A stretch of DNA of 64,000 nt, taken from NCBI GenBank assembly GCA_934097015.1, contig CAKONF010000001.1:65082-129081 (forward strand). The letters are read 5' to 3'. Of the stretch, positions 17,323 through 26,575 are shown in pieces. This DNA is from an uncultured Bacilli bacterium (GTDB lineage Bacteria; Bacillota_I; Bacilli_A; RF39; UBA660). Both the position numbers and the translations under genes were made by a program. The notes below the pieces were generated by a model. It saw nothing but the letters and a program-made list of their open reading frames with translations, was not told the DNA's origin and did no database searches. The stretch's first letter is position 1. Each line of letters starts with the position of its first letter.

Positions 17323-17654
17323 ATGAAAAATAAATTGCAGATAATAAATAAAATGTATCATGATGAAAGTATTAGAACTTATATTGTATTAGAAGATAAA
17401 AAGTATTATATAAGTCTATATGATGTTGTATTAAAATTAACTAATTATAAAAATATACAATCTTTTATAGTACGTTTAAAAAAAAATTATTATTAGAACA
17501 AAATAAAGTTATTTATAATTTTAAAACTTTTAATTTAGTAAAAAAGGGAGAGGGTAGGTATAAAAGAACTGAAATGATAGATTTTGATAGTTTAATTATT
17601 CTATTAGATTATATTCCTGTTAGAAATAAAGAATATGTTAAAGATTTTTTATAG
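17323..17654 (+). pseudogene. Bro-N/KilA-N-like small ORF split by a frameshift at an A9 tract
   Basis: ORF 17323-17496 (MKNKLQIINKMYHDESIRTYIVLEDKKYYISLYDVVLKLTNYKNIQSFIVRLKKNYY*) continues in the -1 frame after A9 (17478-17486) as LLEQNKVIYNFKTFNLVKKGEGRYKRTEMIDFDSLIILLDYIPVRNKEYVKDFL*. RBS is 'ggaggg'. Confidence 0.4.
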
Positions 17655-17817
17655 ATTAAATAACTCTATTTTAAACGTGTTAATTTAATTGATAAGGGTT
17701 TAATATATAACGATACAAATAAATTCATTAAAAATATTTATTTAGATGGTAGAATATTTGTACTTGTAAAACGTTAACATTTATTATAAAATTATTTTAG
17801 AGTAGAAGGTGTTTCTA

Positions 17818-18069
17818 GTGGATAATAAAGTTAATGTTGATTTGATAGTTCCTAGTATTGGAGAGAGATATAATATATTTATTCCAGTAAATAAAACTAT
17901 TGGGGAAGTTATTGTTATTCTTAATAATACAATAAATAATATGACAGGTTATTTTCCTATAGTAAATAATTTATCTATTTTGGATGTTGTTAGTAATAAA
18001 ATATATGGAAGTAATGTAGATGTAAAAAGTGCTGGTATAAAAAATGGTGCTATACTTGCATTAATATAG
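17818..18069 (+). CDS. esaB: YukD/EsaB-like ubiquitin-fold T7SS protein
   Basis: 83 aa starting 'MDNKVNVDLIVPSIGERYNIFIPVNKTIGEVI'. It lies immediately upstream of essC. The start is taken at GTG 17818 with SD 'gaaggtg'. Confidence 0.7.
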   Translation: MDNKVNVDLIVPSIGERYNIFIPVNKTIGEVIVILNNTINNMTGYFPIVNNLSILDVVSNKIYGSNVDVKSAGIKNGAILALI

Positions 18070-18076
18070 GTGTAAT

Positions 18077-21000
18077 ATGAGGTTAGTATTAGAAAGTAAA
18101 GACCAATTAACTATTACTAAATTACCTAACACTGTATCCGGTAATTATTGGATAATTGATGATAATAATAAAAATCTACTTAATGTTAGTGTAGAAAATG
18201 ATAGTTGGGTATTGAATAGCAATACAGAGATAAAAATTAGCAACAACATTAATAATGATAAATTAAGTAATATTAATTATTTAGAAAAAGTTATTTTAGA
18301 AGAAAATAAATATTATTATATTACTAATATAATGACTAAAGAAAATTATATATTATATACTTTACCTAGTTATGAATATTATGAAAACTTTGTTATAGAT
18401 TATAATCAAAACAATAATATAATTATTGGTAATGGTAAAAATAGTGATATAGGAATTAATAATAGTTTGTTTAATGATAAAGATATTAGTATAGAATATG
18501 ATAAAAAAAGCAACAATATATTATTTAAAAACTTAAATGAAAAAAGTAATAGTTTTATAAATTATAGAAAATGTAATAGTTGTTATTTAAGTAATGGAGA
18601 TATTATATTTAAAAATGGTATATTTATTTATTATTTTGGTAGTTTATTGTTAGTTAGTAATAATAAACATGATTTAGTATTTAATTCTTTAAGAGTTAAT
18701 AAAAGATTAATTAAAGAAAATGAAAAAAAGGATTACAGTAATTTAATAGATAAAGATGTTAAAGTATTTGATAAAAATAGTATGTTTCAAAGACCTCCAA
18801 GGTTTAAAAGGAAGATAGAACATAAAGAATTTAATATTGATAGTCCTACACAAAAAGAAAATGACGAAGAAACTCCATTAATATTTACAATAGCTCCTAT
18901 GATGACTATGGGAATGATGAGTTTAGTAACTGGAATGAGTAGTTTAGGAAAAGTATTAAATGGTGAAAGTACAGTAAAACAAGAATTAGGTTCACTTTTA
19001 ATGTGTGGATGTATGTTGCTTTCTATGATAGTGTTTCCGTTAATTCAAAAGTTTTATGATAAAATGAAAAAAGCGCAAAAAGAAAGAAAACGAAGAAGAA
19101 AATATAAAAAGTATATTAGTAGTAAACACGATGAAATATTTAAAGAAATAAATTTTCAAAAACAAGTTATGATAGAAGATAATTTACCTATAGATAAAGT
19201 AAGAGATATAATTTTATCTAGAAGTAGAAATTTATGGGATAGAAAATTAGAACATGAAGATTTTTTAAATTTAAGACTTGGTATTGGAAATACTAAACCC
19301 GATATAGAAATTAAATATCCTGAAAGCCATTTTACTTTAGAAGAAGATGATTTAAAAGATATAATAGATGATTTAGTGAATGAAAGTAAAGATATTACTG
19401 ATGTCCCTATTACACTTAATTTTAGAACTAATAATAAGACTGGTGTAATAGGTGATAATAATAATTTATATAATATGTTAGATAATTTAATGCTACAGAT
19501 AATGGCTTATCATGGATATGATATGTTAAGAATTTGTATATTGACTAATAATAATGTTTATTGGGATAAGTATAGAAACTTACCTTATTTGTGGAATAAT
19601 GATAAAAGTATAAGATATTATGCTAGTAATAAAGAAGATATTAATAAAGTATGTAGTTATTTAATGGAAGAATATAATTATAGAAAAGAAGTATATGAAG
19701 ATGGTACTGTATTTAATCCATATTATTTAATTATTACTGATGATATTAATAGTGTTAAGAATAATGTATTTGTTAGTGAAATATTAAAGAATCGTAGTAA
19801 TTTGGGTTATAGTTTGCTTATGTGCGTTAATAAATTAGATTTATTGCCTAATGAATGTAATATGTTTGTTAATTTAAGTAATGAAGTATGTGGTATATTT
19901 ACTAATCAAATGACTATGGATAATCAAATTGCTTTTAAGAAAGATGTTGTTAATTTTTCTTTAAGAAATGCAATTGCTAATATTAGTAATATTCCTATGG
20001 ATATAAATAATGGTAAATTTGTTTTGCCTAAAAAATATGGTTTCTTAGAAATGTATGATGTTGGAAATGTGAATCAACTTAATATTGTTAATCGTTGGAA
20101 GAATAATGATGTTATCAATAGTTTGAGTTGTCCTGTTGGTATTGATGAACAGGGTGAATTATTCAATATTGATTTACATGAAAAGGCTCATGGACCTCAT
20201 GGATTAGTTGCAGGTATGACTGGTAGTGGTAAGTCTGAATGGATTATTACTTATATATTATCTATGGCAATTAATTATAGTCCTGAAGAAGTTCAATTTG
20301 TACTTATAGATTATAAGGGTGGAGGACTTGCGTTAACATTTGATAATAGAGAAAATAATATTAAATTGCCACATGTAGTTGGTACTATTACGAACTTAGA
20401 TATTGTTGAGATTAAAAGAAGTTTAGCCAGTATAGAGAGTGAACTTAAAAGACGTCAAGCAATGTTTAAGAAAGCTCGTGAAATACTAAATGAAAGTAGT
20501 ATGGATATATATAAATATCAAGATTATTATAGACAAGGTAAACTTAGTGATCCAATGAGTCATTTATTTATAATAAGTGATGAGTTTGCTGAATTAAAAG
20601 TACAACAACCTGAGTTTATGGATAAACTTATTAGTACAGCAAGAATTGGACGTAGTTTAGGAGTGCATTTGATACTTGCTACTCAGAAACCGAGTGGGGT
20701 TGTAGATGACCAAATATGGTCTAACTCTAAATTTAGAGTATGTTTAAAAGTACAAGATAAGAGTGATTCAAATGATATGATTAAATGTCCTGATGCTGCT
20801 ATGATAAAAGAAACTGGTAGATTTTTCTTACAAGTTGGATATAATGAATTATTTATGAAAGGACAAAGTGCTTATGCTGGAATGCCATATTATGAAAGTG
20901 ATAAAAAAATTACCGTTGTTAATTCTAGTATAGATTTTGTTGATGAAATAGGTAGTATTATAAAACGCGGTGATGTTAAAAAGAATAATACTCAATATGT

Positions 21001-22672
21001 TCATAAAGGTGAAGAGTTGCCAAATGTTTTAAATTATATTATAGATACTTTTAAAAATGAAAATTTAAATGTTAAACCATTATGGTTAAGTAGTATACCT
21101 AAAGTAATATATGTAGATAAATTAAAAGAAAAATATAATTATGTAAAAGAAGATTATGTTTTAAATCCTATTATTGGAGAATATGATTATCCTTCTAAAC
21201 AAACACAAGGTTTATTAACATTAGAATTAAGTAAAGAAGGAAATACAATAATATATGGTTCTAGTGGAAGTGGTAAAGAAAATTTAATTACGACAATACT
21301 TTATTCATTGATTAGCAATTACAGTGTATATGAAGTAAATAGTTATATATTAGATTTTGGGAGTGAAATATTAAATAATTTTGAAGCTGCACCACATGTC
21401 GGAGATATTATACATAGTGGTGATGATGAGAAAATAGAAAACTTATTTAAATTTATAAATAATGAGATTAAATTTAGACGTAAAAAGTTTATGAATAGCA
21501 ATGGAAATTATTTAGATTATGTAAAAAATAGTGAAGAAAAAATACCAAATATTGTTGTTATAATAAATTTATTTGAAGTGTTTAGTGATTTATATGATAA
21601 ATATATTGATAATATAGTTGAACTAACTAGAGATTCCTCTAAATATGGTATATTTTTCATTTTAACTAGTGCTAGTAGCACTGGAATTAGAACTAAGATA
21701 ACACAAAATTTTAAAAATTTGATTACTTTACAATTGAATGATGAAATGGATTATAGGAATGTATTGGGAAATACTAACGGTGTTGTTCCTAGCAAATACG
21801 TTGGTAGGGGATTAGTCAAGTTGGATAAAGTTGTAGAGTTTCAAACTGCATATTGTTATCCTAAAGAAAATTTATATGATAATGTAAAAATGCTATGTGT
21901 TAAATTATTTATGGATATGAAGATGAAAGCAAGAGCGATACCTGTATTACCTAATGTTGTAGAATTTAAAGATATTAATAAAAATGAAATAAACATAAAT
22001 AACATACCTATTGGTATAGTTAAAAAAACTTTAGATATTGCTAGTATTAATTTGAAAGATAACATTAGTTATTTAATGAGTAGTAGAAATTTTGATGATA
22101 TGTTAACTTTTATTGATAAATTATTATTTATATTAAATAGTTCTAGTAGTTTTAATACATTTGTATTTGATAGTAAGTTTGTTTATGAGGAAAATAAATT
22201 TAATAATATAACATATTTGAATAATGGATATAGTGATGTGTTAAAACAAATAAGTGAGTATGCAGATAACGTAGATGATGTATTAAAACAAAATAGTAAT
22301 AATAGGAAAAGTATTAGTAATGTAAAAGAAGTTTTAGTTGTATTATTAGGATTAGATAAGTTTGTTAAGTCTTTAAATGACGATGATAAAAAACTATTTG
22401 AAAATATTATTAATAAAACTAAAGATAGTATAAAAATACATTTTGTGTTTGTTGATGGTAGTAATAGTTTAAAGAAGAACGAATATGAATCTTGGTATAA
22501 AGATATAGTTGATTCTAGCAGTGGTTTATGGATTGGTGATGGTTTTGCAGAACAATATAGTATTAAACCTACAAAGATTCAACAATCGTATTATGAATTA
22601 ATTGGTAATAGGTTTGGATATATAGTTTCTAATGGAAACGTAGATTATATTAAAATTATAGAGAAAGAGTAA
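18077..22672 (+). CDS. essC: EssC, the T7SS FtsK/SpoIIIE-family ATPase
   Basis: 1531 aa with an N-terminal FHA-like region and two TM helices near residues 265-325. It has multiple P-loop domains ('GLVAGMTGSGKSE', 'IIYGSSGSGKEN') with Walker B 'FIISDEF'. Confidence 0.9.
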   Translation: MRLVLESKDQLTITKLPNTVSGNYWIIDDNNKNLLNVSVENDSWVLNSNTEIKISNNINNDKLSNINYLEKVILEENKYYYITNIMTKENYILYTLPSYEYYENFVIDYNQNNNIIIGNGKNSDIGINNSLFNDKDISIEYDKKSNNILFKNLNEKSNSFINYRKCNSCYLSNGDIIFKNGIFIYYFGSLLLVSNNKHDLVFNSLRVNKRLIKENEKKDYSNLIDKDVKVFDKNSMFQRPPRFKRKIEHKEFNIDSPTQKENDEETPLIFTIAPMMTMGMMSLVTGMSSLGKVLNGESTVKQELGSLLMCGCMLLSMIVFPLIQKFYDKMKKAQKERKRRRKYKKYISSKHDEIFKEINFQKQVMIEDNLPIDKVRDIILSRSRNLWDRKLEHEDFLNLRLGIGNTKPDIEIKYPESHFTLEEDDLKDIIDDLVNESKDITDVPITLNFRTNNKTGVIGDNNNLYNMLDNLMLQIMAYHGYDMLRICILTNNNVYWDKYRNLPYLWNNDKSIRYYASNKEDINKVCSYLMEEYNYRKEVYEDGTVFNPYYLIITDDINSVKNNVFVSEILKNRSNLGYSLLMCVNKLDLLPNECNMFVNLSNEVCGIFTNQMTMDNQIAFKKDVVNFSLRNAIANISNIPMDINNGKFVLPKKYGFLEMYDVGNVNQLNIVNRWKNNDVINSLSCPVGIDEQGELFNIDLHEKAHGPHGLVAGMTGSGKSEWIITYILSMAINYSPEEVQFVLIDYKGGGLALTFDNRENNIKLPHVVGTITNLDIVEIKRSLASIESELKRRQAMFKKAREILNESSMDIYKYQDYYRQGKLSDPMSHLFIISDEFAELKVQQPEFMDKLISTARIGRSLGVHLILATQKPSGVVDDQIWSNSKFRVCLKVQDKSDSNDMIKCPDAAMIKETGRFFLQVGYNELFMKGQSAYAGMPYYESDKKITVVNSSIDFVDEIGSIIKRGDVKKNNTQYVHKGEELPNVLNYIIDTFKNENLNVKPLWLSSIPKVIYVDKLKEKYNYVKEDYVLNPIIGEYDYPSKQTQGLLTLELSKEGNTIIYGSSGSGKENLITTILYSLISNYSVYEVNSYILDFGSEILNNFEAAPHVGDIIHSGDDEKIENLFKFINNEIKFRRKKFMNSNGNYLDYVKNSEEKIPNIVVIINLFEVFSDLYDKYIDNIVELTRDSSKYGIFFILTSASSTGIRTKITQNFKNLITLQLNDEMDYRNVLGNTNGVVPSKYVGRGLVKLDKVVEFQTAYCYPKENLYDNVKMLCVKLFMDMKMKARAIPVLPNVVEFKDINKNEININNIPIGIVKKTLDIASINLKDNISYLMSSRNFDDMLTFIDKLLFILNSSSSFNTFVFDSKFVYEENKFNNITYLNNGYSDVLKQISEYADNVDDVLKQNSNNRKSISNVKEVLVVLLGLDKFVKSLNDDDKKLFENIINKTKDSIKIHFVFVDGSNSLKKNEYESWYKDIVDSSSGLWIGDGFAEQYSIKPTKIQQSYYELIGNRFGYIVSNGNVDYIKIIEKE

Positions 22673-22717
22673 AATAATGAAAAATGTCAATTATTGTCAA
22701 AAATTACCAAAATAATG

Positions 22718-22746
22718 TTGCATTGGTGAAAAAAATATTTTATACT
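22718..22746 (+). promoter_or_regulatory. Sigma-A promoter for the WXG gene
   Basis: TTGCAT (22718-22723), a 17-nt spacer, then TATACT (22741-22746). It gives an about 180-nt leader. Confidence 0.55.
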
Positions 22747-22874
22747 TTAGTTAGAGTAGTGAGTACTCTAAAAGACAATTATTATTTATGAAAAAATTAG
22801 AGATTATATATAACTAATCTCTTCTCTGGTGAGAAACAAGAGTTTACGAACAAACGTATGCTAAAAAAATCGTC

Positions 22875-22884
22875 GGGGGGGGGG
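22875..22884 (+). repeat. G10 homopolymer tract in the 5' leader of the WXG gene
   Basis: 'cgtcGGGGGGGGGGttatat'. A G10 run is extremely improbable in a roughly 22% GC genome. It sits about 50 nt upstream of the start codon. Confidence 0.9.
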
Positions 22885-22933
22885 TTATATAGAAAATATA
22901 TAATTTTTTTGTTTGGAGAAGGGAGTGTTTTTC

Positions 22934-23542
22934 ATGAATATTAATGTTAGAGATTTGGATTTAGGTTATAGTCAATGTGAGGAATTAAATACTTTATCTA
23001 AGACTAGTGGAACTAATTTAATTAGTAATTTGTCAACTGATATAAACAATTTAAAGGCTCACTGGAAAGGCACTGATGCTACAGCACATATAAACAATTT
23101 AATTAAAGTTTATGATGCTTTGGTTGCCTTGGTGACTGATGCTAAGGTTATTACTTGCAATTCAGGTAGTGCAATAAGCACTATTCAAGAAGTTAGAAGA
23201 AGTAATGGTGGTTCTGGAAATATTGGAGGTCCTTTAGATGGCAATGCGCCTGATGCAAGTAGTTTACCTACTATTGAATCAACAAGCGAATACTTTTGTG
23301 ATCCATCAGCTAGAATAGATTATACGTTATTAGAACAAATTTGTTCTGATTATTCTAGCTTTATTAATAATTTTAGAAGTCAAAAAGATGCTTTAATGTC
23401 AAATTGGACTGCAGGTGCCAACAGAGAAAATGCTGTTAAAGTATTTGATGAATTTGATTCGAATTCTGAGACATATAATAAATATTTAACAGATGCTAAA
23501 GAAAATTTAGGAATTGCTGTAAGTAATTTATCACAATTATAA
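22934..23542 (+). CDS. Tandem (double) WXG100-like T7SS substrate
   Basis: 202 aa from the ATG with SD 'ggagaagggag'. The first half has 'LKAHWKGTDATAH', a W-x-G motif in a helix-turn-helix. The second half has 'LMSNWTAGANRENA', a W-x-x-G variant. A Gly/Ser/Pro linker (RRSNGGSGNIGGPLDGNAPDASS) separates the halves. Confidence 0.6.
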   Translation: MNINVRDLDLGYSQCEELNTLSKTSGTNLISNLSTDINNLKAHWKGTDATAHINNLIKVYDALVALVTDAKVITCNSGSAISTIQEVRRSNGGSGNIGGPLDGNAPDASSLPTIESTSEYFCDPSARIDYTLLEQICSDYSSFINNFRSQKDALMSNWTAGANRENAVKVFDEFDSNSETYNKYLTDAKENLGIAVSNLSQL

Positions 23543-23545
23543 GAG

Positions 23546-23577
23546 TAAGAGTGGCGTAATTGTGTCGCTCTTTTATT
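23546..23577 (+). terminator. Possible attenuator or terminator hairpin after the WXG gene
   Basis: 'aagagtggcgtaattgtgtcgctcttttatt' is an imperfect stem followed by a T-rich run. Confidence 0.35.
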
Positions 23578-23593
23578 AGAGAGGAAAATTGAA

Positions 23594-23890
23594 ATGAATC
23601 AAAAATATGAAAAGTACTTACCAATTGGTAGTGTTGTTTTATTGAAAAATGCAAAAAAAAGAATAATGATTACTGGATTTTGTATAAAAAGTAAGGAATC
23701 TGATTTAGATAAAGTTTTTGATTATATTGGCTGTCTATATCCAGAAGGAATAATAGATTCTGAAAAAAATTTGTTATTTGATCATAATCAAATTGAAACT
23801 ATTTATGCAATAGGATATAGCGATGATGAAGAAAGAGAGTTCAAAAAGAAATTACAAGAAGTTTTAAAAGAGGAAAATAATAATGTCTAA
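23594..23890 (+). CDS. DUF4176-family protein (LXG-associated)
   Basis: 'YLPIGSVVLLKNAKKRIMITGF...FDYIGCLYPEGI' matches the DUF4176 pattern (LP.GSVV.LK.......G......DY.GC.YPEG) from memory. It overlaps the next ORF by 8 nt. Confidence 0.55.
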   Translation: MNQKYEKYLPIGSVVLLKNAKKRIMITGFCIKSKESDLDKVFDYIGCLYPEGIIDSEKNLLFDHNQIETIYAIGYSDDEEREFKKKLQEVLKEENNNV

Positions 23891-24281
23891 ATCTTCTAAC
23901 AATAAAAATACTGAATCTCAATATTGGCGTCAAAAAGAAAGAGAATATCGTGAATTAAAAAAATCATATGAGAAATACAGAGACAAATTATCTTCTTTAA
24001 AAGAAGTTTTGTCTCCCTTAAGTATACATTTAGTTAATTCAAAAAAGTATTTTGAAGATGGTGGATATATTGAAGATAATGGTGAAACATTAGATAGAGG
24101 AAAATTATTAGAAATGAAGAATAGTTTAGAAAAGATTATTGAAAGATTATCAAGTGTTATTTCTGACACAAATTCTAAAATATCTTCTTTACAAGTATTA
24201 ATGAACGATTGTAATAAAAAAGCAAATCAAGCTGTTATAAACGCTTCTAGCAATTGTTATTTTGCTGTTAAACCTAAGTAA
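23883..24281 (+). CDS. Small all-helical protein, candidate Lap-type LXG-targeting partner
   Basis: 132 aa, coiled-coil rich and translationally coupled. Its position between DUF4176 and the LXG toxin is typical of DUF3130/DUF3958/DUF5082-like partners. Confidence 0.4.
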   Translation: MSKSSNNKNTESQYWRQKEREYRELKKSYEKYRDKLSSLKEVLSPLSIHLVNSKKYFEDGGYIEDNGETLDRGKLLEMKNSLEKIIERLSSVISDTNSKISSLQVLMNDCNKKANQAVINASSNCYFAVKPK

Positions 24282-24298
24282 AAGTATGGGTGGTGTAT

Positions 24299-26122
24299 AT
24301 GAAAATTGATGGAATTTTATTTTATAAAGCACAATTAGAAATAAAAAAAGTGTTTGATGTAATTGATGGTAATAAAAATAAAATAGATGATTTGATAAAT
24401 TCTGCTCCTCCTAAAGGTTATCCTTGGAAATCCAAAGTTAATGAGATATGTAATGATTTAGTATCTTTTAATTTAGATGTTTGTAATCTTTCAAAAGCGA
24501 TAGAGAATGCTAGATTAAATATTATTAGTTTACAAGGTAGTGAAAAATTTATAGAAGAGTATGGTAGTATGATTACTAATATATCATTTGGAAATGAGTT
24601 TGGCAATAATGTTTTTGGATTTAGTGGAAGTATTAATGAATCTATAATAAAACTTTCAGATGATGATTATTATGAATATTTGTATTCTTATTTAAAAAGT
24701 ATGGATGTAAAGTTGTTAAATGAAGATCAAAAAAATATTTTAGATCAACTTGAAGCTTCTAAAAAAGGTTTTAAGTCGGTTGAAGAAATGAAAAAATGGG
24801 AGCAAGCAAAGGTGGAATACGAACAAATGAATCTATTTCAACAGGCATTATCTGATACTGGTACTTTTCTGTGTTCAACTGCCTGTGGTATAATTTCTGT
24901 TGCTGAAGAAATTGTTGATGGTTATATTATGTTAGAAAGTTCAACTTTATTATATACTTCCCCTATTGGATGGGGAATTAACGCGATAAGTTTTTTTCAA
25001 GAAAAAAGTGGAATTTCTAAAGATAGAACTTTAAAATCTAAATATCAAGATGTAGTTCAGGATATTATTAATTATAATTTTTCAGATAATTTATATGATT
25101 CAATAGTAGATAGTACTGGATTAAATATATATTCAGCTTATGGCACTTGTCATACTGCTGGATTAACTTTGGGTAATATTGTAGCAGAGGTTGGGATACA
25201 ATTTATACCTGGGGGGAATATATCTTTATTTGCATTACACGCTTTAAAGGCTGCTGGTAAAACATCTCAGAAGGCAATAAAAGAGGTGAAAAAAGCTGAA
25301 AAATTGTATTTGAATGGTGATGTTTCTGCTGAAGAATATAATGATATTATGAGAAAAAAAAGTTTTGGTCATATTGCTTTAACTAGTGGGGCGAATGCAG
25401 TTTTAGAAGGTGGCATATCAACAATATTGTATGGTAAATTTGGATTCGCAAAAGAAACAGGTGGAAAAGCTGTAAATTTTGTTGCAAAAAAAATTCAACC
25501 TTTAATAAAATCTAAAAAGGCTTCAGAAGTTGTCGTTAAATCTGCTATATCTTTTAGTAAGGAATTTGCGAAGGAAGGTATTTCTAGTGTAGGTTATGGA
25601 AAGAAATATGATTTAAAAGAAACGATGAAAAGTGGTTTAACTAGTGTAGCCACTACCGTATTTAATGAAACTGTTGTAGCACCATTAACAGATAAGGTTA
25701 TTAACAAAAAGGGAATAAATTCAAAAAATACTTTTTATAAACAAGAAAATTCTAAATTAAAACATATTAATAGTAATGTAGAAGAAAATATTAAAACTAC
25801 TCAAGAAAAATTATCATTAATTGAAACTAAACGTGCTGCACTATTTGAAAGTGGCTGTGAAGGTAAAGAGAGTATTAAGGGAGCATTTGGTAATTATGAA
25901 CCTCCTAAAACTGATCATGTTGCTGCTTATGATGATGTAATTAAAAAATATACAGGAAAAATAACTATTCAACAGAACATTATTAGTCAAAATAATGATG
26001 CAATTGGAAGAAATTCATTAAATGTATTTGAAAAATTGATTAATAATGGTGCTATTACTAAAATATCAAAAAAAATTGCTTCTAAGTTTGAAAAAGATAT
26101 TATTGCTAATGCTATGAAGTAG
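24299..26122 (+). CDS. LXG-type T7SS polymorphic toxin with a C-terminal domain of unknown type
   Basis: 608 aa with a helical N-terminal about 200 aa ('IISLQGSEKF'). It has a glycine-zipper segment ('AGLTLGNIVAEVGIQFIPGG...ALTSGANAVLEGGISTILYG') like that preceding the toxin module in YeeF/TelE-type LXG proteins. The C-terminal about 200 aa has no recognisable catalytic motif. Confidence 0.55.
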   Translation: MKIDGILFYKAQLEIKKVFDVIDGNKNKIDDLINSAPPKGYPWKSKVNEICNDLVSFNLDVCNLSKAIENARLNIISLQGSEKFIEEYGSMITNISFGNEFGNNVFGFSGSINESIIKLSDDDYYEYLYSYLKSMDVKLLNEDQKNILDQLEASKKGFKSVEEMKKWEQAKVEYEQMNLFQQALSDTGTFLCSTACGIISVAEEIVDGYIMLESSTLLYTSPIGWGINAISFFQEKSGISKDRTLKSKYQDVVQDIINYNFSDNLYDSIVDSTGLNIYSAYGTCHTAGLTLGNIVAEVGIQFIPGGNISLFALHALKAAGKTSQKAIKEVKKAEKLYLNGDVSAEEYNDIMRKKSFGHIALTSGANAVLEGGISTILYGKFGFAKETGGKAVNFVAKKIQPLIKSKKASEVVVKSAISFSKEFAKEGISSVGYGKKYDLKETMKSGLTSVATTVFNETVVAPLTDKVINKKGINSKNTFYKQENSKLKHINSNVEENIKTTQEKLSLIETKRAALFESGCEGKESIKGAFGNYEPPKTDHVAAYDDVIKKYTGKITIQQNIISQNNDAIGRNSLNVFEKLINNGAITKISKKIASKFEKDIIANAMK

Positions 26123-26156
26123 TTAAAAAAATGGTATAATATAAAAGGAGGATACT

Positions 26157-26558
26157 ATGAATCAAGATAAAGAGAGATTTTTTTCTGGTATACAAAAATA
26201 TGTAGATGATGGATTATTAAGAACTATCTATTCTGATGATAACTTGGCGGTTGTTTGTGTGGGGGATTTATTTTACTTAATCTGTCCTTATTTTACTTTA
26301 GATAATGGTGATTACTTTGGTATGTCTATAAAAAAAGATAATATTCATATTGCAATTGAAGATCCTGAATTCTTTTTTAAATCTATTAAAGAAATGAATT
26401 CATCTTTATTCCTTAGTAAAATGTTTAATTTTTCTTATAAATATTATGATGTAGTAAAAGGTATAGTAGATGAATGTCATAAAAAAGGAGATACTGTCGA
26501 TTTAGATTATGAATTTGAAGAAAATTTAAAACAATTATATGTTAACAAAACAAAGTAA
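26157..26558 (+). CDS. Candidate cognate immunity protein (soluble, 133 aa)
   Basis: It lies immediately downstream of the toxin ORF with RBS 'aaaggaggatactATG'. There is no signal peptide or TM segment. Confidence 0.4.
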   Translation: MNQDKERFFSGIQKYVDDGLLRTIYSDDNLAVVCVGDLFYLICPYFTLDNGDYFGMSIKKDNIHIAIEDPEFFFKSIKEMNSSLFLSKMFNFSYKYYDVVKGIVDECHKKGDTVDLDYEFEENLKQLYVNKTK

Positions 26559-26575
26559 GGTGTGTAAAATAATTT

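Noticed and set aside
22875-22884. G10 tract as an assembly or sequencing artefact
   Set aside because: It cannot be excluded from sequence alone. I kept it as a finding because it sits in a defined leader of a T7SS substrate gene. Read-level verification is required.
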